A stretch of 50,168 nucleotides of DNA. Origin: an uncultured archaeon (GTDB lineage Archaea; Asgardarchaeota; Lokiarchaeia; Sigyniarchaeales; SOKP01). The stretch is from assembly GCA_964583985.1 (NCBI GenBank), contig CAZOYD010000022.1, forward strand, positions 1-50,168. The letters run 5' to 3'. The position numbers were made by a program, and so were the translations under genes. Under the pieces are notes generated by a model. The model saw only the letters and a program-made list of their open reading frames with translations, searched no databases and had not been told where the DNA came from. Shown here piece by piece: positions 37,712 to 47,604 of this stretch (positions are counted from its first letter, which is position 1; every line of letters begins with the position of its first letter).

Positions 37712-39376
37712 TTACGCATTCTGTTCTAAAAAGGTTATAAATTCATATTGTTCTTCATCATTCATAAAATTTAATTGCTCAATAATCTTATCATAATGTT
37801 CTGGTTTTACATTAGGCAAGTTCTTAATTCTCTTTATTAATTTTAACGGCAATTCTTTATATAGCTGCTTGATGGATTCAATATACTTAAATTGTTCTTC
37901 TTTTGCTAAATATGCCAATTCCTTTAATAACGCCATTTTATCTTCCTGAGGTATTTCAAGTTCTAGTAATTTTTTTCTAGTATCCTCAGATAACACCGTG
38001 AAAATTTTTGTGAAATATTGTTTTACCATTAATTTATCCTTTTCATCTTTTACAGGCAAAAGCGAATCATGGAGTTTTAACTGGTTATCATTTTGCTTTA
38101 CTTTTGCTTTCTCATCCTCTTTTAATGCTATTGTTGATGCTATTGGAGGGGTAATTTTTACCGGTTCTTTGATAGTATCTAAAAAAGTTCTCTCTTCAGA
38201 TGAGATTTCTTCCTGTTTATTTTTAGTCGTTTTAATTTCATTTAGAGGTGTTTCGATTTCTCCTAATCTTACTAAAGGTGCTCGTGAACCCTCCTCTGTT
38301 TTATCAAGCATGTTTTCGGAAGCGTGTCTTAATAAATCTTCTTTTAAGACCGGTTCTCTTTTTTCTTCAATTGTAACTCGAGGTTCTTTTCCCCAATTAA
38401 AGGGTTTTCCTGCAGCCAATAAAAATAATAAAATGCCTTTAAGGAAAATGAAAATTCCCATTGAAAAAATTGCTATACCAAATACCCCTAAAATAAAGAC
38501 TTTAAAAGCATCTGACGTGGTGAATTCCTCTTTTTGCCAAATCTCTTCTCTTTTTCTACGATCAATTAGCAATATTACCATGGGAATTAATAAAATTCCA
38601 ATAATAATTGCGATTACAATTAAAATAGTTAAAATTTCATTCATTGGACCTATTAGAGTTATGAGGAGCGCTATCCCCGCCATAATCGAATAGCCATTAA
38701 ATCCTGAAATAAATAAATTGGCTATTATTAATAATAATATTATGAATCCGGCATTAGCAGAAAAATTATTTAATGAATTCTTAAGCTTTAACCCAAATTT
38801 ATATGCTTTATGTTGTTTATCCTTGTCATACCTAGCGACATATATGAAAATCAATATTCCCTTTACTAAAAGTATGACACCAGATCCATAAAAAATACAT
38901 CCTAAGATACCATAACAGAAGGCATCTAGCAATATGTCATCATATTTTTCCTCTTTTATTTTAGGAGTAATTTGCTTTATGTCATAATAAGCTACAAGTA
39001 AACCCGCAACGGAGGTGAGCACGCTAAAAATTACCCCATCTATCCAATTCGCAGGATCAGTAAAAATCCAACTGGTTGTCAACATCACGCAAGATAAGAC
39101 AAGAATCGGAATATAAGCAAGGGCATCGATTTTCTTAATTGCCTTGCTAAGTTTTTGTCTTGATCTCTCTTTTATTGACTCTTTAGAGTAAGAATTAATT
39201 TGTGATATTTGCTGCCTTACTGGTGGTTGCTTGAATTCTACACCAGCTAATGTAAAAGGCATTCCACACATCTCACAGAAGACTTGGACCCTATTTTCTA
39301 TTAATTCTTTTAACTCAGATGGAAATACAAACCCACACTCGCGGCAAACATATAGCGTTTTTACCATAAAACTCAC
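37712..39376 (-). CDS. Membrane protein with N-terminal Zn ribbon, duplicated TM module and duplicated C-terminal helical motif
   Basis: CRECG...CEMCG; two D-A-F...G...G...KGIL TM units; two C-terminal repeats ending YLAKEEQFKYI / FMNDEEQYEFI. Confidence 0.72.
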   Translation of the reverse strand: MSFMVKTLYVCRECGFVFPSELKELIENRVQVFCEMCGMPFTLAGVEFKQPPVRQQISQINSYSKESIKERSRQKLSKAIKKIDALAYIPILVLSCVMLTTSWIFTDPANWIDGVIFSVLTSVAGLLVAYYDIKQITPKIKEEKYDDILLDAFCYGILGCIFYGSGVILLVKGILIFIYVARYDKDKQHKAYKFGLKLKNSLNNFSANAGFIILLLIIANLFISGFNGYSIMAGIALLITLIGPMNEILTILIVIAIIIGILLIPMVILLIDRRKREEIWQKEEFTTSDAFKVFILGVFGIAIFSMGIFIFLKGILLFLLAAGKPFNWGKEPRVTIEEKREPVLKEDLLRHASENMLDKTEEGSRAPLVRLGEIETPLNEIKTTKNKQEEISSEERTFLDTIKEPVKITPPIASTIALKEDEKAKVKQNDNQLKLHDSLLPVKDEKDKLMVKQYFTKIFTVLSEDTRKKLLELEIPQEDKMALLKELAYLAKEEQFKYIESIKQLYKELPLKLIKRIKNLPNVKPEHYDKIIEQLNFMNDEEQYEFITFLEQNA

Positions 39377-39551
39377 TTTATAATATTTATGATTTTATTT
39401 TATTGTTTTTATTTTTATAGAGTTCAATTAGAAATACAATATACAACTAATTAGTTATTAAGAAATTCTCAAAATTGTATATAAATGTTAATTCTAGAAT
39501 ATAGATGTATCCAATTTTATTAAACATAAATGGAGTCCAATTTTTATTTCT

Positions 39552-40070
39552 TTAAAGGTCTCGTTCATACTTTTCTATTAGCTGAATCCAGTTTATTTTT
39601 TGAACAGTTGAATAAAGATAATGATCATCATCTACGATATTGTAATCTAGGGTAGAAAATAGAATGGATGATATTGATTTTGATTTCTCTGGTGATGCGA
39701 TTAAATCATTTTTTCCATGGAATGCAACTATTGGCACATCTATTGGATGGAATTTTGAAGGTTCTATTAAACTAGTTTCAAGGAATGGTGCCATAAGAAT
39801 TAGTAATTTTACTTTTTCAGGGTGTTGAAGCGCATAAATGGCACCCATTAAGCCTCCAAAACTTGAACCGATAATGATCCAATTTTCTTCATTCTTTAAA
39901 ATCATAAATAATTGGAGCATTCTTTTTTTCAATAATACATTCATTGAAATATTATTTTGATAATGTTCAAAATCTGGAGTAAGGATTTCAGGAAAAATAT
40001 GTTTTAAGTATTGCCCTTTAAATCCTTTTCCCGTCGATTCTAATCCATGGATAAAGATAATATTCCTCAT
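39552..40070 (-). CDS. Alpha/beta-fold esterase (YqiA/YcfP-like)
   Basis: IFIHGLES, IGSSFGG, FHGKNDLI, DDDH. Confidence 0.85.
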   Translation of the reverse strand: MRNIIFIHGLESTGKGFKGQYLKHIFPEILTPDFEHYQNNISMNVLLKKRMLQLFMILKNEENWIIIGSSFGGLMGAIYALQHPEKVKLLILMAPFLETSLIEPSKFHPIDVPIVAFHGKNDLIASPEKSKSISSILFSTLDYNIVDDDHYLYSTVQKINWIQLIEKYERDL

Positions 40071-40094
40071 AGTATTGAGCTAAATTAAATTTTA

Positions 40095-41135
40095 CTAAAT
40101 AATCTCATCATTCTCAGATAATCGATCCATTTCTTTATTCATTTTTTTCATTTCCCTTTTATATCCGAAGTACATTAAAAGAAATAAGGCTCCAAAATAG
40201 ATCGTAATAATTATAAGCATCAAAAAATAATACTCTCGAGTGAAATTTAGGAGGTTTAAAGCAATTCCAATCATAAACCCAGTGATCAATCTTGATTCAG
40301 TCGTACTTTTTCTATATTTTAATTTTTGAGTACCCCAATCAATCATGCCAATAATTGGAAGTAAAATACATAAATATACAGCAAATTCAGGATTGAGGTT
40401 TGCACCTGATATTAATTCAAAAAGATGAATACTAAACATTGAGATTAAAGCTCCGATGATTACTCCAGAGCATCTTGAACAAAAGTAAAATTTGGTCCGT
40501 CCAAATTGAAAAAAAAAGGTGTGATCACTAGCCGAAATCGGATGATGAGTAAGAAATAGATTATAAATGTAGCGTTCTCGCGTAGAAAATATCTTATCGT
40601 AGACAATTAATAAAATTGGAATTGGTAGGATCATGGATATTAAAGATTGAGTAAAAAACATAAATCCATAATCGATGAATATCACTTCAATTTCTAGCGA
40701 TACGGGATAAAATAAAATTCGGAAGAGAACTATTAAAATCATCACGATAAAAGAGGTGATTACCAATATCAAAAAGGTATAATATGCTTTCATTCCTTCA
40801 TGATACTTTAAAGGTTTATACTTGTATATTCCACAAAATAATCCAAGCAGAGCTACTAAAAAGCACCAATCAAAATAGATGATCTTATAAATTGCTACCT
40901 GAACAAGGAGCTCTCCAAAGAATCCTGAAATAAATCCGATAAATGGGCCGGCTAGAACTGCCAAAAACGTAAAAATCAATAAAGAAAGGCTGAACTGAAC
41001 TGCATATCCACTATTATAGACATAATAAGATGATATTGAACCAAATCCCTCTGAGACATAGAAATAGGTAATGATAATAAACGCAACCGTAAAAAGATTT
41101 AAAAATAGTTTCCTTAAAAGGTCTCTTTCACTCAT
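40095..41135 (-). CDS. Membrane protein: ECF S-component-like N-terminal domain fused to a DUF2085-like domain
   Basis: LAVLAGPFIGFISGFFGELL (S-component pattern); H..SDHTF...FCSRCSG...P...IDWGTQ...RLITG (DUF2085 pattern). Confidence 0.7.
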   Translation of the reverse strand: MSERDLLRKLFLNLFTVAFIIITYFYVSEGFGSISSYYVYNSGYAVQFSLSLLIFTFLAVLAGPFIGFISGFFGELLVQVAIYKIIYFDWCFLVALLGLFCGIYKYKPLKYHEGMKAYYTFLILVITSFIVMILIVLFRILFYPVSLEIEVIFIDYGFMFFTQSLISMILPIPILLIVYDKIFSTRERYIYNLFLTHHPISASDHTFFFQFGRTKFYFCSRCSGVIIGALISMFSIHLFELISGANLNPEFAVYLCILLPIIGMIDWGTQKLKYRKSTTESRLITGFMIGIALNLLNFTREYYFLMLIIITIYFGALFLLMYFGYKREMKKMNKEMDRLSENDEII

Positions 41136-41186
41136 TTATCATCACTAGACAAAAATGCTTTTATAAATAGTAATTAACCAAGATTA

Positions 41187-41843
41187 TTAAAAAATCTCGT
41201 CAAGTTCCGCTATTAGCTTTTGTTTTGTGAGTTCAAATCCTTTACGAAGTGTGCTTGTAATAATATTTTTACCCATATTAACTTTTAAAATGCTATCATC
41301 TTGCTCCACAATACTTATGCCATCATCGTTTAAATCTAATTGTCTTTTTAATGCTTGATATGCGCTTTCTTTAGTTTTATATGCCACTCTTGATAATTCG
41401 TTATAACTATTAACGTCTTCTTTAACATTCAGCAATTTTAATGATTCTTCTATTTGGGAAATAAATAATTGTTTTGAAATGGCTTCAAGTTTTCCATAAT
41501 TTTTATGGTTTTTTTTACATTGTCTGGCAGTTTGATCGTTTTCAAGATAAAATTTGAACTTTTCATTTATGATATTATTAAATTTCTCTTCAGAATATCC
41601 TCCATTTACTATTATACTCCTGGCAGAATCTAAACTTAATCGAATTTGTTCAATTGTACCCACTTTTGCATCTTTATCTGTCCAATATTTATAAAAAGAA
41701 GTAACAATGGGTTTTATGACGAAATTTAATAAACCTGCATCTAATTCCGAGTCTAAAATTTCTTTTCCATAACCAAGCGATACATTCATTTGGTGGATCA
41801 TTCTATCGCGAACAAGATCATAATTTCTATCTATATATTCCAT
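41187..41843 (-). CDS. Hypothetical helical protein, tandem paralog 1
   Basis: Aligns end to end with 41969..42622 (RNY...ELDAG..NF..KPI...FY.YW...DA..GT.EQI...H.NY..L...LRKGFEL). Confidence 0.78.
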   Translation of the reverse strand: MEYIDRNYDLVRDRMIHQMNVSLGYGKEILDSELDAGLLNFVIKPIVTSFYKYWTDKDAKVGTIEQIRLSLDSARSIIVNGGYSEEKFNNIINEKFKFYLENDQTARQCKKNHKNYGKLEAISKQLFISQIEESLKLLNVKEDVNSYNELSRVAYKTKESAYQALKRQLDLNDDGISIVEQDDSILKVNMGKNIITSTLRKGFELTKQKLIAELDEIF

Positions 41844-41968
41844 TACTAAATACCCAATTAAATTATTAATGAATTCTAAAAAATAGAATATCTGAACATT
41901 ATCAAAATAGAATAATCTATGAAATTAATATTTTGGTTATAATTTAAAAATACGTGTTATTGTCAGTA

Positions 41969-42622
41969 TCAATAAACTGTATCGATGCCCTCAAAAAATT
42001 CTTTCTTCTTTAGCTCAAATCCTTTCCTCAATGATTTGATGATAATCTTACGACCTATGGTAACATTTAAGATTGTTAAATCTTCTTCAACAATTCTTAT
42101 ACTCTCATCAGTAAATTCTAATTGTTTTGACAAAATCCTTTTTGTTTTTTCTTTAGAGGTGAATGCATGCAAGCATAAGTCATTATAATCTTTCACATCA
42201 TCTTTTACGTTTAATAACAAGATAACTTGGTTTAAATAACTCAAATATGTTTTCTTTGCTATTTCTTTCAATCTTTTATAATTTTTATGGCGCTTGTTGC
42301 TTTGACGAAATGTCTGATCCCCTTGTAAATAGCGTGGAAAAGTTTTTTCCATGAGTAATCCAATAGAATCTTCAGTTACATCATTCTTTATAAATTGTTT
42401 TGCAGTATCAAGTGTAACTTGAATTTGTTCAAGCGTTCCAGAACGAGCATCATGTTTTGACCAATAATCATAAAAATTTTTAATGATTGGTTTTACAATA
42501 AAGTTAAAAATCCCTGCATCTAATTCCGTGTCAATTAATGTCCGACCGAGTCTTATGGATTCCTCCATTTGCTCAATCATCTTTTCTCGAATGATGCTAT
42601 AATTTCTCTCGACGTGACTCAA
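41969..42622 (-). CDS. Hypothetical helical protein, tandem paralog 2 (TTG start)
   Basis: Paralog of 41187..41843. Confidence 0.78.
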   Translation of the reverse strand: MSHVERNYSIIREKMIEQMEESIRLGRTLIDTELDAGIFNFIVKPIIKNFYDYWSKHDARSGTLEQIQVTLDTAKQFIKNDVTEDSIGLLMEKTFPRYLQGDQTFRQSNKRHKNYKRLKEIAKKTYLSYLNQVILLLNVKDDVKDYNDLCLHAFTSKEKTKRILSKQLEFTDESIRIVEEDLTILNVTIGRKIIIKSLRKGFELKKKEFFEGIDTVY

Positions 42623-42823
42623 TGTTCTCTCTCATATTTTAATTATTTAATGGTAAATTATACTTGAAAGATAAGTTTTTTCAGCTAAAATAATTATTTG
42701 ATATGCTTAAACTTAAAATTTAAAATATTTAATAATAATAATAGTTTTAAAAATTTGATAAGATAATTAGATTAAAACTTGTGAAATATTTCAAATTAAT
42801 TATGTTAATGGGAAGAGTGGTAA

Positions 42824-45800
42824 ATGCGGTACATTTTTAAAGTCTTGGTATTGGGGGATCCAAATATTATTCCCCCATATATAACAAATGCATTTGGTGA
42901 AAATGGGGAAGAAAAAGACACTTTTTTGGAATGGTATAAAGAAATCACTGTATTTGAAGATGTATGCGATTTAGAAGTAGACGTAATCGTTGATCTCATT
43001 GGAGCAGATTATGATGAAATATTACCTATAGTTGATGGGATCATTTATTTCCTTAATCCAATGAAAGAAGAAGAAACAAATTATTTTGAAACAATAATAC
43101 CGGTAATATATTCCGTAAAACGTAATATCCCTACTGTTATCATTTATCACGACCCCAATGGAGTGATTCCCCTCGCAGTTAATGAATTATTAGAAAGATT
43201 ATGGATAAACCATTTTGAATTAGAAGCGTTTGCTAATCTTTCTCCGAGAGATTTTCATCAAGCTCTTCGTTGTTTATGTTTAGCCATGATCTCTGGAGAT
43301 ACTCCTTTAAATATCGAGAATGCCTGGATGAGATATCCTATATTTATTCAATTAGCAAACATTTTTTTCAAGAATAATCAATTTATCTATGCTGCACACG
43401 CAATAAGAAAAGCAGCCATGATAGCTGATATTTTCAATAATCCAGAAAAATTAATTATTAGTGAACAAGCAGCTTATTTTTTTGCTAAAGCAAATAAATA
43501 TTTAGAGGCCTCAGATATTTTAAAAGACATAAATAAAGAGAAATCAACAAATTTCAAGAGATTATATGCTCAAAATGAATTAACTATAGGAAACCGTTTA
43601 TTTAACAAGCGAAACTATGAACAAGCTGCAAATCAATACTTAGCATCGGCTCAATGGGTTGCAATTGAATTAAAAGATGAAGAATTTAGGAAGGAAGCTT
43701 TTAAATTAGCAATTAATTCTTGGATTTCTGCTTGTAGAGTAGAAAAAGCTTTTAAAATCCTGAATAATCTGGATCATAAAGAAGCGCTTCAAATATTGAA
43801 TGAAATAAAAGATAAAATTGAATCTGCAGCAGATTTCTTGGTAGGAAATAATAATTATTACGCTGCGAGAGATCAATTATATAGAACCATTGCTGTTTAC
43901 CAAAAAGAAGATTTATTTGAAATCCTTAAAATATTTACTAAAAAACTCGAATCTGTATTAATAAAAATGTTAGAAATACAGATTAAAGAAAAGGATAAGC
44001 ATGCTGCGAGACAAAGCTATGAAGAAATTGAAAATCTCTGGATTTCTTATGATGTGAAGGAGACAGATATTGACCAACAGTTAGTGGAATTAATTGAGCT
44101 CTTTTTAGATGATGGAGATTTTGGAACTTCGATGCTGCTAACAAGCAAATTAAATTCGCGTTCATTGAAAAAAAAAATGACCGAGTTAAGTTCTAGGGTA
44201 GAAGATAAGAAAAAGGAACTGAAAAAAAAAGAATCTGAAGATTTAATCTTAAAAGGTCTTGACTTGGTAAAAGAATTTGTCAAGGAAGAAAAACAGATCA
44301 TCATAAAGTTGAATGAAGAAATTTTGGTGAAAGTCGATGAATATATTCAGAAGGATCAATTTTCAAATGCTATTCATATACTAAATGAACAAGCTACATT
44401 TTATAAACAAATTGGAAAAGAAGAGGCAAAAGATAATCTATTAAAGAAAGTTCTTGATATTTTACTTGGAGAAAAAGAATTTCAAGAATTTTTTCATTTT
44501 TTTGACTTGATCTCTAAGGGTGAAAAGAAAGCCTATCTCATTAAAAATCAAACGTTGATCAAAGATCAGTTGAATAAATATGGTGTAGAGTCAAATTATA
44601 CGGAGATTGTGGATATTATTGAAAAATTTTCGATGGTTTACAGGGATCAAATGCTCTACGAACAAGCTAAAGAAATTAGTAAACTTTTCATAAAAATTAT
44701 TAAATTGGAAGCTCTTCGTATTGTAAGTACTCAAGGAGAATATGAAGGAATCCAAAAAGCCCTAACATTAATGAAAAAAGCAGAAAATATTTCTTTCGCT
44801 TATCTTGACGAGGAGGTCATCGATTTTGATGAGATCTCCGAAATTATCGTATTTTTTTACATAAAATCTGGGGATTTTTCTTCAGCACATGCTATAAATG
44901 ATAATATTTCAAACAAAATGTTAAAATCAGAATTAAACAAGGAGATAGAAAAAACTGAATCCTTTGTGAGAGCGATCGATCTAAAAAAAATAGAAGAAGA
45001 AGATAAAATTAAAGAATTAAAAGAAAAAGCTTTTATAATTCAAAAAATGGCTCGAGATGCATCACATGGTAAAAAAAATGAGTTAAAACAAAGAATTGGA
45101 AGGAAACGTATTTATATGAATACCCTTGAAAATTTATCCGAAAAAAAATGGGAAAATGCCATCCAAAGCTACATACTAACTATAGATAGACTAGTAAATC
45201 TCACGGAATATAATTTTGCCGGAATCTCTTTGGTTTTAGCTATAATACTTTTACTTAAACAAGATAACATTGCAGAAAGCCAAAAGTTATTAGAAAATAC
45301 AAAAAAAAAAATAGCTGGATTTGATAGTATTGAGCCCTTCGCTATCGCATTGGCAGAGTATATTATCGATGTAAAAAAATATCAAGAAATAGAAGTTTTT
45401 GAAAAATCAATTCAATTTGCAAGCAGCTTACCTTTACTTGATGAAGAAATCTCCGCTTTAAAGACCATATATCCAAATCTTGAGTTTGAAACTATTTCTG
45501 ACGTTCAAAAAATAACTGAGAATACAGAGGAGGTTAAAGAAACTTTTATGTCATATGCTAATGCGATAAAAAAGGAAACACAAGATGAAGCAAAGAGAAG
45601 GTTAATGAAAAATGAATATTGGCGTTTAGCTTTAGAAGACCTTGCTAATCAGAAATATATTAATGCTTCCGTGATATACTTTAATGCCGTTCCAAAACTT
45701 GCCGAGAAGAAATTCTTGAAGATTGCTGCTCTAAGCTTGATCCTTGGTACTATTGTTAATTTAAAGACTAAAGATACTTTTACTGTAAAAAAGAGATTTC

Positions 45801-46543
45801 AAGATAATCTTAAAAAATTGATGAAATATCAAGAAAAAATTCAAGAACTTCCAGAATTAAAATTAATGCCTCTTCTTTTTTATGCGTTCGAGAATAAATC
45901 TTCAGAACTAATCCCATTTATGTTAAATCTACTGAATGAAAAATTAATTTTATTTGAATCCGAAAGAATTTTTCTTGAATCATTCCTACCCGAAGAATTT
46001 GTAGATAAAGAAAAAATCGAGTCATTAACAAGGAGTGAAATTGGAAAGCAAAATATATTATCCATCTCATTAGCTCAAATGTACGCAAGTCTTCAACAGA
46101 AGGTAAGTGATATCCGAAATGATAGATCCACTCTGTTGGAAAAACGTGAAAAAATGAAAAGAATATATTACAATCCTGTTATATCCTATTTGGAGAAAAA
46201 TAACTTCAAAGCAGCGGGATATAAATATATTGATCTAACTAATGCATTCAGTAATAGAAAGGACTTTAACGCTGCATCATTAATGATATTATTGCACGGT
46301 TTAGCATTAATGAAATCAGGGGAATCTTTAATTGATATTCAAAAAAATATGAATACATTTTTAAAATCAATAGGTTTAAATAGAAAATTAGTTGAGGACG
46401 CCTTTTACATTAAATGTCTACAATTTATCATTGAAGTGAAAGTAAACAATATGGAAAAGAATTATCTACATAAAGTCGAAGAGATGTTAGAATATCTTCC
46501 CCTCCTTGAAGCAGAAAAAAGTTTGATTGATTTTGATCGTTAA
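42824..46543 (+). CDS. Large protein: degenerate small-GTPase-like N-terminal domain, TPR/SNAP-like alpha-solenoid, three C-terminal repeats
   Basis: YIFKVLVLGD...DGIIYF...IPTVII Ras-fold strands without GKT/DxxG/NKxD; repeated A-x-x-Y/A helical hairpins. Confidence 0.7.
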   Translation: MRYIFKVLVLGDPNIIPPYITNAFGENGEEKDTFLEWYKEITVFEDVCDLEVDVIVDLIGADYDEILPIVDGIIYFLNPMKEEETNYFETIIPVIYSVKRNIPTVIIYHDPNGVIPLAVNELLERLWINHFELEAFANLSPRDFHQALRCLCLAMISGDTPLNIENAWMRYPIFIQLANIFFKNNQFIYAAHAIRKAAMIADIFNNPEKLIISEQAAYFFAKANKYLEASDILKDINKEKSTNFKRLYAQNELTIGNRLFNKRNYEQAANQYLASAQWVAIELKDEEFRKEAFKLAINSWISACRVEKAFKILNNLDHKEALQILNEIKDKIESAADFLVGNNNYYAARDQLYRTIAVYQKEDLFEILKIFTKKLESVLIKMLEIQIKEKDKHAARQSYEEIENLWISYDVKETDIDQQLVELIELFLDDGDFGTSMLLTSKLNSRSLKKKMTELSSRVEDKKKELKKKESEDLILKGLDLVKEFVKEEKQIIIKLNEEILVKVDEYIQKDQFSNAIHILNEQATFYKQIGKEEAKDNLLKKVLDILLGEKEFQEFFHFFDLISKGEKKAYLIKNQTLIKDQLNKYGVESNYTEIVDIIEKFSMVYRDQMLYEQAKEISKLFIKIIKLEALRIVSTQGEYEGIQKALTLMKKAENISFAYLDEEVIDFDEISEIIVFFYIKSGDFSSAHAINDNISNKMLKSELNKEIEKTESFVRAIDLKKIEEEDKIKELKEKAFIIQKMARDASHGKKNELKQRIGRKRIYMNTLENLSEKKWENAIQSYILTIDRLVNLTEYNFAGISLVLAIILLLKQDNIAESQKLLENTKKKIAGFDSIEPFAIALAEYIIDVKKYQEIEVFEKSIQFASSLPLLDEEISALKTIYPNLEFETISDVQKITENTEEVKETFMSYANAIKKETQDEAKRRLMKNEYWRLALEDLANQKYINASVIYFNAVPKLAEKKFLKIAALSLILGTIVNLKTKDTFTVKKRFQDNLKKLMKYQEKIQELPELKLMPLLFYAFENKSSELIPFMLNLLNEKLILFESERIFLESFLPEEFVDKEKIESLTRSEIGKQNILSISLAQMYASLQQKVSDIRNDRSTLLEKREKMKRIYYNPVISYLEKNNFKAAGYKYIDLTNAFSNRKDFNAASLMILLHGLALMKSGESLIDIQKNMNTFLKSIGLNRKLVEDAFYIKCLQFIIEVKVNNMEKNYLHKVEEMLEYLPLLEAEKSLIDFDR

Positions 46544-46547
46544 AATC

Positions 46548-47465
46548 TTATTCAATCATATCAACGTATTTCATCAAATCTTTTACACGCATCCGTAAAG
46601 TGACCTCTGTGACACGTGCGAGATTGCTTATTTCCTTCTGAGTGCGATTTTCATTACATAATTTTGAACTAATATATATAGACGCAGCAGCAATTCCCTT
46701 CGGGTCCTTTCCTGCTGAATTAAATCCTTGTTGATTCGCTTTTTCTATTAATTTCACTGAAATATTTCTACATTTCATTGACAACTTCAACTCATCATAG
46801 AATTTATCTACATATCTATCAGCTGTGAAATGTTTTACCTTTAAATTAAGATTGGGGAGAATTTCCATCAAAATCAAACGATAGCTTTTAGTAACTTTCT
46901 TTTTGGGAATTTGAGCAACTTTAGTTATCTCTTCAACTGTTCTTGGTATACCATGAACCCTTAAAGCGCAAAATATGGAGGCTGCTAATAAAGTATCAAT
47001 GCTTCTACCCATTGTTAGTTTTTTTTTTACTGTCTGCGTGTAAATTCGCAAGGCATCTTCAGCAACCGTGTCTGGAATTCCTAATCTTTTCTGTAATCGT
47101 TGCAAGTTAGGTAATGCTATCCACAAGTTTCTTTCATAACTTGTTGTTAATGATCTATGAATTTTAGCAAGTCTATTAAATTTGGATTTATATTTGGGAC
47201 TCAATAATGTTCCACGTGCATCTCGACTCCCTCGAATAATAGTACGGGGTCCTATTGGACTATAAACTCTTTCATTGCTTTTACGTTTCTGAATTTCCTC
47301 TTGAGTGAATGCTCTTCTAGGGGAATCATCTAATATCCTACTATATACAAAACCACAATTCAAGCACACATAAAATCCATCCTCTTCACTAATTTTAGGG
47401 TTATCACAACAAACCGCATCCTCGTCATCATTAAAGAATTCTTGATCATCTAAATTGGAAGGCAT
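46548..47465 (-). CDS. tfb: Transcription initiation factor IIB (TFB)
   Basis: Zn ribbon CC...CLNCG, ERNL...L, GRSIDTLLAASIF...R...PRT, GKDPKGIAAASIYI...RTQKEI...VTEVTLR cyclin folds. Confidence 0.95.
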   Translation of the reverse strand: MPSNLDDQEFFNDDEDAVCCDNPKISEEDGFYVCLNCGFVYSRILDDSPRRAFTQEEIQKRKSNERVYSPIGPRTIIRGSRDARGTLLSPKYKSKFNRLAKIHRSLTTSYERNLWIALPNLQRLQKRLGIPDTVAEDALRIYTQTVKKKLTMGRSIDTLLAASIFCALRVHGIPRTVEEITKVAQIPKKKVTKSYRLILMEILPNLNLKVKHFTADRYVDKFYDELKLSMKCRNISVKLIEKANQQGFNSAGKDPKGIAAASIYISSKLCNENRTQKEISNLARVTEVTLRMRVKDLMKYVDMIE

Positions 47466-47604
47466 ATGCTATGAATTTAAAATTATATCTTTTTGGCGTT
47501 ATTCACCTTTATTATTGTATTTAAAATAAATATAGTATTTAAATCTTAATCAAAAATTCCCAAGTTAGTGAAAATTTAAATTTTAATCTATTTAACTATA
47601 CTAT

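Noticed and set aside
37998-38693. Long antisense ORFs (e.g. 37998..38693, 32195..32692, 8302..8625)
   Set aside because: They are Ser/Phe/Ile-rich shadows of Glu/Lys-rich genes on the opposite strand, with no independent coding signal.
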